DNA of 32,000 nt, from NCBI GenBank assembly GCA_000091165.1, contig FP565575.1, positions 120,001-152,000 on the forward strand. The letters are read 5' to 3'. Below the pieces are notes generated by a model that did no database searches, had not been told where the DNA came from, and saw only the letters and a program-made list of their open reading frames with translations. The stretch's first letter is position 1, and each line of letters opens with the position of its first letter. The position numbers were made by a program, and so were the translations under genes. Origin of the DNA: Candidatus Methylomirabilis oxygeniifera (GTDB lineage Bacteria; Methylomirabilota; Methylomirabilia; Methylomirabilales; Methylomirabilaceae). Of this stretch, positions 1-7,342 are shown piece by piece.

Positions 1-582
1 CTCTACGAATTTACGCCGATCAAGGCCGTGGGTGACCAGATATCAGAGGTTGCGGTCATCAGTGAGAAGCGAGTGAAGATCTACGGGAGCGAGAGCAAGC
101 CGTCATGGGAAGCCAAAGATGATCTGGGCGACGTCGATCACCTCGCCTTTTCTCATATTCCCACGTACCGGGCTCTTCTGGCGAAGGAGGGGCTAAATTC
201 CGGGACCCCGATTACACCAGAAGAGCATGCAGTTGAGCAGATCCTGCCGCGGCGAGTCCTGGTGGAGGCGTCGCCTCAATGGGGCAATGCCACGACAGAG
301 CTTCTGACCTTTACGAATCCGAAAAAGATTGGGGCGCTTCGGACTGAGTCATCCTTCCCTCCGAGTCAGGTCGTGGCGTTTGACCGTCAGGAAGGAACCT
401 TCGCGCGAGGGTGGGAGACGATCCCCCTTGAAGGGAGGGTACGCGACGTAGCGTTGGTCGATCTGAACGGCGCCGGCAGGAAAGATCTCATTGTACTATC
501 GGCGATTAAAGAAAAGGGTCTGATCGCTTATATGCAGGATGGAACGCGTGGCATTATCAGTGTATTTTCCTTCATCCGCTAG
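1..582 (+). CDS. hypothetical protein, C-terminal fragment (5' end outside window)
   Basis: Frame 1 is open from base 1 to the TAG at 580-582, and the GTG at 28 is only the first in-window start. It contains 'VDLNGAGRKDLIV', which is reminiscent of FG-GAP/VCBS-type repeats. No other motif was recognised. Confidence 0.5.
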   Translation, partial: LYEFTPIKAVGDQISEVAVISEKRVKIYGSESKPSWEAKDDLGDVDHLAFSHIPTYRALLAKEGLNSGTPITPEEHAVEQILPRRVLVEASPQWGNATTELLTFTNPKKIGALRTESSFPPSQVVAFDRQEGTFARGWETIPLEGRVRDVALVDLNGAGRKDLIVLSAIKEKGLIAYMQDGTRGIISVFSFIR

Positions 583-803
583 GGTGTTGCATTGCAGGGC
601 GTTGATCGATCTACCCAGTTGGGGAAGAAACAAGCATAAGAAAGGAGGGGTGAAAGACGGAATTGTGTTATGCTCGAATCAGTGCGTGGATGACAATGCC
701 TGAGGGCCGGTGTACGTGCAGCAGCGGTAATAGAGTGTGATCGAGAAAAGTGCGAGACGATTTCCTGGGTAGCAACAAGACCGAATAAAGAGGGAGGCAT
801 TCA

Positions 804-2645
804 ATGAGTGTGAAACGTCGTATGTCACTGATCGGAGGTCTGCTGGTTTTGGCCGGCAGCCTTGCGATATCGGCGCCTATCGTCTCAGCTAATGATGATG
901 TGTTGAAGCTTCAAAAAGATGATGGCCAGTGGGTAGTCCAGAGCAAGAACTATTCAGGGACCCGCTACAGCACCCTGAACCAGATTACGCCCGAAAACGC
1001 AAAAAATCTCAAAGTCGCCTGGTCGTTCTCCTTGGGGACGCTAAACGGCCAGCAGGGCGGCCCGCTGGTTGTCGGCGACACAATGTATGCCCATAGCTCA
1101 TACGCTGGAGGCCCTACAGGTCACTCGCACAACATCTTTGCGCTCGACCTATCCAAGGAAGGAGCGCCGATCAAGTGGCGGTATAATGCGAAGTATGACC
1201 AAAAGGCACCTCCCGTCGCCTGCTGCGACTTAGTTCATAAGGGCCTACAGTATGCGAACGGCAAGATCCTGTACCAGACGCTTGATGGAATGGTGATCGC
1301 TCTTGATGCCAAGACCGGCAAGGAGCTCTGGAAGACTCGGAACGCCGACCCCTCCAAGGGTGAGACGAGCACTGCCGCCGGCCTGGTGATTAAAGATAAG
1401 TATATCGCCGGTGTCGCCGGGGGCGAGTTCGGGGTGCGCGGCTGGGTGGCGGCCTACGACATCAATACCGGCAAGCAGGTCTGGAAGGCCCGCAGCATGG
1501 GGCCCGATGAAGAGATCAAGCTTGCCCCTGATTTCAATGCCGCCAACCCGCATTACGGACGATTCGGCGAGGGGACCAAGAGTTGGCCCGGCGAGATGTG
1601 GAAACAGGGCGGCGGTACGACCTGGGGCTATTATGCGTACGATCCTGAGCTGAACCTGCTTTACTACGGTAGCGGCAACCCAGGGACCTGGAATCCCGCC
1701 CCTCGGAAAGGCGGCGATAACAAGTGGTCGATGACTATCTGGGCTCGCAATCCCGACACTGGGGTGGCCAAGTGGGCCTATCAGATGACCCCGTGGGATA
1801 ACTGGGACTACGATGGGATCGATGAATCCGTTTTGACCGAGCAGACATTCGGTGGCAAGAAGCGGAAGGTGCTCACGCACTTTGACCGCAATGGGTTCGT
1901 CTACACACTGGATCGAGCGGATGGAACCTTGCTGGCCGCTGATGCCTTCGTCTATGTCAACTGGGCGAAGGGGATCGACCTGAAGACGGGGCGGCCGATC
2001 TTGAATCCGGAGAAGCTCACCAAGCAGGGTGAAGACACCAAGAATATCTGCCCCTGCGCAATGGGTGGTAAGAACTATTTGCCGGTTGCATACTCCCCGC
2101 TGACGAACCTCTTCTACGCGTCCGTCAACAACATGTGTATGAGCTATGAAGGCGTTCAGGTTCAGTATACGGCGGGGGCTCCGTACGTGGGCGCCACCGT
2201 TCTGATGTATGAAGGCCACGAAGGTAAAGACGTCGGCTATTGGGGCGACTTCATTGCCTGGGATGTCGTCAAAGGAAAAAGGGCGTGGGCCATTAAAGAG
2301 AGTCAGCCCCCATGGAGCGGGCCCGTAGTGACTTCTACAAATGTGGTCTTCTACGGCACGATGGACGGCTGGTTCAAGGCGGTCGATGCGCGAGATGGAA
2401 AGCTCTTGTGGAAGCACAAGGTCGGTTCCGGGATTATCGGTAATCCGATCACCTACAAGGGGCCTGACGGCAAGCAGTATGTTGCCGTGTACTCCGGTGT
2501 CGGCGGGTGGTTTGGCGCTACTGTGTCGCTCGACTTGCCGCCGGACGATCCGACGGCTGCATTGGGCGGCGTGAATGCTGCCTACAAGTCCGGTTTGCCC
2601 ATGGCAACGACTAAGGGCGGGACACTTTACGTGTTTGGCCTGTAA
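804..2645 (+). CDS. xoxF: PQQ-dependent methanol dehydrogenase, XoxF (lanthanide) type
   Basis: 613-aa ORF with a Sec signal peptide (...SAPIVSA/NDD). It has the vicinal Cys pair 'PPVACCDL' typical of PQQ quinoproteins. It also has 'WDNWDYDGIDE', with the extra Asp (DYD rather than DYA) diagnostic of XoxF. A GAGGGAGG RBS lies about 6 nt upstream of the ATG. No mxaI-like small-subunit gene follows. Confidence 0.9.
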   Translation: MSVKRRMSLIGGLLVLAGSLAISAPIVSANDDVLKLQKDDGQWVVQSKNYSGTRYSTLNQITPENAKNLKVAWSFSLGTLNGQQGGPLVVGDTMYAHSSYAGGPTGHSHNIFALDLSKEGAPIKWRYNAKYDQKAPPVACCDLVHKGLQYANGKILYQTLDGMVIALDAKTGKELWKTRNADPSKGETSTAAGLVIKDKYIAGVAGGEFGVRGWVAAYDINTGKQVWKARSMGPDEEIKLAPDFNAANPHYGRFGEGTKSWPGEMWKQGGGTTWGYYAYDPELNLLYYGSGNPGTWNPAPRKGGDNKWSMTIWARNPDTGVAKWAYQMTPWDNWDYDGIDESVLTEQTFGGKKRKVLTHFDRNGFVYTLDRADGTLLAADAFVYVNWAKGIDLKTGRPILNPEKLTKQGEDTKNICPCAMGGKNYLPVAYSPLTNLFYASVNNMCMSYEGVQVQYTAGAPYVGATVLMYEGHEGKDVGYWGDFIAWDVVKGKRAWAIKESQPPWSGPVVTSTNVVFYGTMDGWFKAVDARDGKLLWKHKVGSGIIGNPITYKGPDGKQYVAVYSGVGGWFGATVSLDLPPDDPTAALGGVNAAYKSGLPMATTKGGTLYVFGL

Positions 2646-2660
2646 GCGAGTATGTCTGAT

Positions 2661-2701
2661 ACCGGCGCCGAAGGATTGTATCTTCGGCGCCGGTTTTTTA
2701 T
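2661..2701 (+). terminator. rho-independent terminator after xoxF
   Basis: Perfect 13-bp GC-rich stem accggcgccgaag (2661-2673) / cttcggcgccggt (2682-2694) with an 8-nt loop, followed by a T6 run. It starts 16 nt after the xoxF stop. Confidence 0.8.
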
Positions 2702-2750
2702 GCTATGCTACAACCAGTCAGCATGTAGCGATCAACACCGGGCGTGCGAG

Positions 2751-2812
2751 ACTGAAGGCGGAGATAGACCAAAAGCTGAAGAGTCAAGGATCTAATCCTA
2801 AAAGCCTTCAGT
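2751..2812. repeat. degenerate copy of the CTGAAGG palindromic element family
   Basis: 9-bp inverted repeat actgaaggc (2751-2759) / gccttcagt (2804-2812). It carries internal 'gatagac' and 'ctgaag' words shared with the elements at 22883-23003, 31433-31540 and 31835-31950. Confidence 0.35.
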
Positions 2813-2834
2813 ATGAACCCCTGAGCAAGGAAGA

Positions 2835-3731
2835 ATGGGTATGAGTCGAAGACTTGCAGTTGTTGGTGGATTGGTTGTTGTGATGTTCCTGTTTCCCTTT
2901 GCCTGGCAGGCCTGGGGGGGGCATGTCAACCCGCTCCGTGTCTGTGGCGATCCGAACAACCTGCCGTTCTCCAACAAGCAATCAGAAGGATTTGAGAATA
3001 AGATCGCTGAAGTGATCGCGAAAGAGCTTGGGACGGAGCTGACTTACTTCTGGTGGCCGCATCAGCATGGGTTAGTTCGGAGAGCGTTGAAACCGGGACT
3101 CTGTGATGTCATGATCTCGATCCCTCAGGGTTGGGATCGGGTTCTCTGGACCAAGCCTTATTACCGCTCGGCGTATACCCTTGTGTACCCCAAGGATCGA
3201 GGATTTCAGATCAGATCGCTTGACGACCCGATCCTGAAGCGCCTCAAGATCGGGGTCTATATCAATTCCCCACCGGCAGAGGCGTTAGCGAATAGAGGTA
3301 TCACGACAAACGTTGTCGGCTATAGCCCCTATTATGATTCCTTGACCGAACGCCGGGATAAAATTCTCCAGGATTTGATTGCCGGTGAGATTGATGTCGT
3401 ACTGGATTGGGGACCAATGGTCGGCTATTTTGTGAAACGGGTGAATAGTGGATCACAACCTCTTGAGGTAGTCCTTCTTCAGGGTGGGGAGCCAGGGAGT
3501 CCCTTCACCTTCGAGTTCTCCATGGGAGTGAAGGAGGGTAATACGGCACTCAAAGCTGAGCTGGAACAGGCGATCAGTAAGCGGCGCGCCGAAATCGGAA
3601 AAATCCTGGAAGAGTATGGTGTGCCCATTCTGCCGCTGCTGGCGCGCGAGCAGTTTCCAAAAGTAGAAGAAAAGCCTGGAGTGATCTTCTACCGCAGTTT
3701 CGATCGAGAGGACCCCCTTCCCTCTTATTAA
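2835..3731 (+). CDS. xoxJ: XoxJ/MxaJ-type periplasmic binding protein associated with quinoprotein dehydrogenases
   Basis: Signal peptide followed by 'LRVCGDPNNLPFSNKQSEGFENKIAEVIAKELG' and 'TKPYYRSAYTLV', the N-terminal signature of MoxJ-like family-3 solute-binding proteins. It lies directly downstream of xoxF. The start could instead be the ATG at 2841 (AAGGAAG RBS). Confidence 0.8.
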   Translation: MGMSRRLAVVGGLVVVMFLFPFAWQAWGGHVNPLRVCGDPNNLPFSNKQSEGFENKIAEVIAKELGTELTYFWWPHQHGLVRRALKPGLCDVMISIPQGWDRVLWTKPYYRSAYTLVYPKDRGFQIRSLDDPILKRLKIGVYINSPPAEALANRGITTNVVGYSPYYDSLTERRDKILQDLIAGEIDVVLDWGPMVGYFVKRVNSGSQPLEVVLLQGGEPGSPFTFEFSMGVKEGNTALKAELEQAISKRRAEIGKILEEYGVPILPLLAREQFPKVEEKPGVIFYRSFDREDPLPSY

Positions 3732-3782
3732 CGCAGAGCAAAAGGGGCAACCATCACCTAAGAAGAACGAGGACCAGTGACC

Positions 3783-4277
3783 ATGCTACAGAAAAAGACA
3801 CTTCTCGTCGTTTCAGTTCTAGGCCTTGTGATGTTGGGATGTGTCCAGAGTCTCACGGCTCAGACCCAGCAAGCTCCGGCGAAGACAACAGAATACGCTC
3901 AAGCGCAATCTGGTGAACAACCGAAAGGACCGGAGACCCCCGCACCTGCCGATCAGCAGAAGCCCAAAAAGCTCAATCCCTTTACCGGGAACGCAGACGC
4001 GATCAAAGCGGGACGGCAATTGTATCTGGAGAAAGGCTGTCCAGGCTGCCATGGTTCGGGTGGTGGTGGGGCGATGGCCGGCGCCACGGCATTCATACGT
4101 GATACTTGGAAATTTGCTGGTGACGACGACACCTACTTCAAAGTGATCAAGGGGACCTATCCAGGACAGACCATGCCGGCGGTCTTCGGGGCTACCCTGA
4201 CAGATGAGGAGACATGGAAAATTATTGCCTGGATCCGGTCGATCTATAAAGGGGATCCGGAGAGGATCGTGTGGTAA
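3783..4277 (+). CDS. xoxG: mono-heme c-type cytochrome (XoxG position), possibly lipid-anchored
   Basis: Single CxxCH motif ('CPGCHG') and a downstream 'GQTMP' candidate Met ligand. The N-terminal hydrophobic segment ends in 'VMLGC' (lipobox-like), followed by a Pro/Gln/Lys-rich linker. A GAGGA RBS lies 9 nt before ATG 3783; the ORF track starts at GTG 3777. Confidence 0.7.
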   Translation: MLQKKTLLVVSVLGLVMLGCVQSLTAQTQQAPAKTTEYAQAQSGEQPKGPETPAPADQQKPKKLNPFTGNADAIKAGRQLYLEKGCPGCHGSGGGGAMAGATAFIRDTWKFAGDDDTYFKVIKGTYPGQTMPAVFGATLTDEETWKIIAWIRSIYKGDPERIVW

Positions 4278-4286
4278 GGCAAGTCG

Positions 4287-4715
4287 GTGATATTCTTTAG
4301 TCAGACGATCAGCCGCATCGCATGGGTCAGATGGACGGTTTTGCTGTTAGTGCTTATGTTTATCATTACGCCCCTTCTTGCCTTGCAGGCTGTTGCTCAG
4401 GATGACGATGTCGGTCTTCCAATTCATCCAAAGGCGATTCTTTCGACCATTACTCGTCAGTCCGGAGAAGGGGAAGGAACACGATGGGTCAAGGTCCACT
4501 TTACGGTCAACGCACCGTACAAGCAGGTCGTCAAATTCTATCAGGAGAAGGTGGGCAGGAATGCGCAAATCTCTGAGATCGATTCTGGAAAGCTTCTGAA
4601 TACCCTCATCCTATTCAGGAGGGACCTTACGGATCAGTTCAACGTCAATATCAGCAGTGAGCTTGGGAGGAAAGTTGCTAAGGTTGAACTGTCCAGGAAC
4701 TTTGCTCGTCCGTAG
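4287..4715 (+). CDS. hypothetical exported protein
   Basis: 142-aa ORF starting 10 nt after the cytochrome gene stop. It has an N-terminal hydrophobic signal/anchor ('VLLLVLMFIITPLLALQAVA/QDD'). No family was recognised. Confidence 0.5.
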   Translation: MIFFSQTISRIAWVRWTVLLLVLMFIITPLLALQAVAQDDDVGLPIHPKAILSTITRQSGEGEGTRWVKVHFTVNAPYKQVVKFYQEKVGRNAQISEIDSGKLLNTLILFRRDLTDQFNVNISSELGRKVAKVELSRNFARP

Positions 4716-4819
4716 ATATGACGTATCATGATCTTTTGTTCGGCTGCCGTTATGTGGGTAGTATTCACCAACACTGCGTGATAGTTTGATTTTCTGGACA
4801 GGGAAGTCGTAAAAAGTTC

Positions 4820-4848
4820 TTGACATCGCGATGAGTTGACGCTATTGT
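4820..4848 (+). promoter_or_regulatory. sigma-70-type promoter candidate for the cold-shock gene
   Basis: TTGACA (4820-4825), 17-nt spacer, TATTGT (4843-4848). An A-tract (gtaaaaag) resembling an UP element precedes it. Confidence 0.5.
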
Positions 4849-4889
4849 GCAATTGTCTTCGTAGCACGCTTTTGTTGTGAAATTCCGAG

Positions 4890-4930
4890 AACCGCGAAAG
4901 CTGCTGGATAAGGCTTTCGCGGTTTTTGTT
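4890..4930 (+). terminator. terminator-like hairpin in the csp leader (or terminator of the upstream xox unit)
   Basis: Perfect 12-bp stem aaccgcgaaagc (4890-4901) / gctttcgcggtt (4913-4924) with an 11-nt loop, followed by TTTTTGTTT. It lies between the predicted promoter and csp ATG 4979. A second 7-bp hairpin occupies 4933-4949. Confidence 0.5.
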
Positions 4931-4978
4931 TATCGAGGCGCAGCCTCGAGAGTTCAGATGGAAGGGGGTGAGAGTTTG

Positions 4979-5185
4979 ATGCGAGTTACAGGTACTGTGA
5001 AGTGGTTCAACGATGCAAAAGGTTACGGTTTTATCGCGCGAGAAGATGGCGACGACGTATTCGTACATTATTCTGCGATTTCCGGATCCGGCTTCCGGTC
5101 GCTCAATGAAGGGCAGGCTGTGGAGTTTGACGTCGTAGATGGGCCAAAGGGCAAGCAAGCTGCCAACGTGACCAGAGCAGCATAG
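4979..5185 (+). CDS. cspA: cold-shock protein, CspA family
   Basis: '[34 protein letters not shown]' carries the RNP1 (KGYGFI) and RNP2 (VFVHY) motifs. A GGGGGTGAG RBS lies upstream of ATG 4979. The 102-aa track ORF is an upstream extension. Confidence 0.92.
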   Translation: MRVTGTVKWFNDAKGYGFIAREDGDDVFVHYSAISGSGFRSLNEGQAVEFDVVDGPKGKQAANVTRAA

Positions 5186-5215
5186 CCCCGTCTTAGGTCT
5201 GCTTTGAACCGTTGC

Positions 5216-5253
5216 GACCTCCCGGAGAACCCTCCGGGAGGTCGTTTTCTTTG
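5216..5253 (+). terminator. rho-independent terminator after csp
   Basis: Perfect 12-bp stem gacctcccggag / ctccgggaggtc with an aacc tetraloop, followed by gTTTTcTTTg. It lies between convergent genes. Confidence 0.8.
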
Positions 5254-5284
5254 TGGATGGGTTTCAGCACCGACCGTTTTCGGC

Positions 5285-5815
5285 CTAGCGCTTCATGACG
5301 GCTGTGTACGTCTGGCGAGTGGCGCGAATCAGTAGCCAGACGCAGAGGCTCAGTTTGAGCAGGTCGAGCGCGGTGTAGGCCAGGTGGAGTGTCCGGAAAC
5401 GTGCCGCCTGCTCTGACACCATGACTCGTGGAACGAAGTCCAGGCTTCGGCCAAGCGATACGATCGACTGACTGAGCAGCAGCGACACAATCACGATAGC
5501 CAAGATCGTTGCAGTGACAGCGATCATTGTGCGGTCCAGAGGCCTGAGCCCGATAGCGGCAATGACAACGGCCACGCCGAGCGCAAGTTGGGTGAGTCCC
5601 CAGGCGCTGAAATATAGCCGATTCAGCTCCGACACGAGATAGCGCAGGACAACGCGGGCCTCATCGTGCCCGATTGGTGTGAGAGCATGTGAGAACTTCG
5701 GCGTTGGCGCCGACAGCAGACGATCGACCGTGCGGAAATTCTGCGTTGCCACAAACGCCATCAGCACGGTGCCGACGATCCACCCACCCAGCGTCATAAT
5801 GAGTAACGCTCTCAT
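5285..5815 (-). CDS. hypothetical integral membrane protein
   Basis: 176-aa ORF with about 4 hydrophobic helices. No family was confidently recognised. Confidence 0.55.
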   Translation of the reverse strand: MRALLIMTLGGWIVGTVLMAFVATQNFRTVDRLLSAPTPKFSHALTPIGHDEARVVLRYLVSELNRLYFSAWGLTQLALGVAVVIAAIGLRPLDRTMIAVTATILAIVIVSLLLSQSIVSLGRSLDFVPRVMVSEQAARFRTLHLAYTALDLLKLSLCVWLLIRATRQTYTAVMKR

Positions 5816-5873
5816 TGTCCTCCCATTGCTGATCTCAATCTTTTTATCTTAATACCCATCCTGTCCTGGTCCT

Positions 5874-6356
5874 CTATGCTTGAACAAGGTCAGGGGTAAG
5901 GACCCACAGCAGTCGGAAGCCTCTTTCGGTCTTGGCGAGACAGATCATTGTCCCCGTCTCCGGTCGAATGATCTCCGTCCCGCTATTGCCCAGCACTAGA
6001 GCTGAAACGAGGCGGCCCAGGTGTGGAAGATGGCCTACCAACATCAGCGGCTCTTCAGCGGCATCCAGCTCTGCGTGGACTCTCTCTGGATCTGCTCCTG
6101 GCGAGAGACCCTCCACCTCCCGAAGTCCGAGCTGTGGTAGCAGGTATTCGGCGAGAATCTCTGCGGTCTGCCGGGCTCGGAGCCTGTCCGAGTGACGAAT
6201 CTCAGCGACCTCAACTCCAATGGACGCCGCGTACCTGGCGACTCGCATGATTTCCTCGCGCCCGTGGTCGCTGAGCGGCTTCGCCGGGTCCTCACGCTCG
6301 GATTGTGATTCGCCATGTCGTACGAGATAGTGCAGGACGGGCTTCTCTACGGTCAT
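5874..6356 (-). CDS. sixA: phosphohistidine phosphatase SixA-like (histidine phosphatase superfamily)
   Basis: 'LVRHGES' RHG catalytic motif near the N-terminus, 'LSDHGREE', 'RARQTAEIL' and 'VGHLPHL'. Size is about 160 aa, as for SixA. Confidence 0.75.
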   Translation of the reverse strand: MTVEKPVLHYLVRHGESQSEREDPAKPLSDHGREEIMRVARYAASIGVEVAEIRHSDRLRARQTAEILAEYLLPQLGLREVEGLSPGADPERVHAELDAAEEPLMLVGHLPHLGRLVSALVLGNSGTEIIRPETGTMICLAKTERGFRLLWVLTPDLVQA

Positions 6357-6358
6357 TT

Positions 6359-6892
6359 TTACCCCCGGCGATAGGTGCCCATCAGCTCAGTCTGCGCCAG
6401 GATGTGACCCTGCATCGCCTTCTCCAGATCCTTCTTCGTCGTACTAGACGGCAGATCCAGCGTAGTATCGAGCGCGTATAACTTAAAGTAATACCGGTGA
6501 GTGCCGGATGGCGGGCAGGGACCGCCATACCCGACCCGGTGGAAGTCGGTCGTACCCTGCTTGGCCCCATTCGCAAGTGAAGCCGTCTTGGCAAGATTCT
6601 CTTCGAGAGTACGGGCGCTCACGGGGATGTTCCAGAGCACCCAGTGGACCCATGTTCCCATCGGTGCATCCGGATCGTCAGAGATGAGGGCGAAGCTCAT
6701 GGTGGTGGCTGGAGGGTCAGACCAGCTCAGCGGCGGAGAGATGTCTTGTCCATCACACGTGTACTTGGCCGGAATCATCTTATCAGCCTGAAACGCCTGA
6801 CTCTTCAGTTCCATACTCGTCCCCCCTGCGCCGATCAGCAGCGCCGCGAATCCCGCCACCACCAACCTCGCAAGTACATTCAAGAAAACCAT
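6359..6892 (-). CDS. YbhB/YbcL-family PEBP (Raf-kinase-inhibitor-like) protein, exported
   Basis: 'DGQDISPPLSWSDPP', 'ALISDDPDAP', 'WVHWVLWNIP' and 'GYGGPCPPSGTHRYYFKLYALD' are canonical bacterial PEBP motifs. It has an N-terminal signal peptide. Its stop lies 2 nt before the sixA start. Confidence 0.85.
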   Translation of the reverse strand: MVFLNVLARLVVAGFAALLIGAGGTSMELKSQAFQADKMIPAKYTCDGQDISPPLSWSDPPATTMSFALISDDPDAPMGTWVHWVLWNIPVSARTLEENLAKTASLANGAKQGTTDFHRVGYGGPCPPSGTHRYYFKLYALDTTLDLPSSTTKKDLEKAMQGHILAQTELMGTYRRG

Positions 6893-7118
6893 ACAACGTT
6901 CGTCCTGGCCAGCCTTACTTCTTTTAAGCCCACTGAGATCTACATGTGACTGTAAGGAATAGTCGACTACTGCAATAAATCAAAACATCATTGCACTACA
7001 CTTCTGCTATTTGCAATAACAATTTCCCATTTTATGCCTGCGTGACGAGTTGCACAGGCAGGTCTGGGCAGTATTATTGAGCCTTGCATAAGTAATGGCA
7101 CATAAACTACATACCTAT

Positions 7119-7180
7119 CCGTTCGGCCTGAGCTTGTCGAAGGCTGATCCGCCATGGTTCGACAGGCTCACCATGAACGG
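7119..7180. repeat. REP-like imperfect palindrome
   Basis: Arms ccgttcggcctgagcttgtcgaa (7119-7141) and ttcgacaggctcaccatgaacgg (7158-7180) match in 18 of 23 positions as an inverted repeat. Translation gives 'SLSK...FDRLTMNG'-type peptides, which are typical of spurious ORFs read from intergenic repeats. Confidence 0.5.
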
Positions 7181-7342
7181 AACGAAGACATTCGCTGCCT
7201 ACATACTTAGGCAAGGCTCAATAGGCGGAAGCGGACGTCAATACGTTGTACAAGCCTGGTCTCCTGAGCTCGTTTCGGTGGCGAGCATAGGGTTTCAGAT
7301 GGTGGGATGGTGAGCCTGACCAATCGTCCGATAGCGGGGCCT

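Noticed and set aside
1245-2417. 390-aa minus-strand ORF opposite xoxF
   Set aside because: It is an antisense shadow ORF of a GC-rich gene. It has an Arg/Pro/Gly-rich, low-complexity composition, no motifs and no RBS. The plus-strand product has unmistakable quinoprotein motifs.
7096-7112. Second TGGCAC hexamer as a sigma-54 promoter
   Set aside because: The -12 position reads CTACA instead of TTGC, and no gene start follows at a suitable distance.
7095-7313. 72-aa plus-strand ORF in the AT-rich spacer
   Set aside because: Its sequence ('FGLSLSKADPPWFDRLTMNG') is a read-through of the REP-like palindrome. Peptides of this type are typical annotation artefacts.
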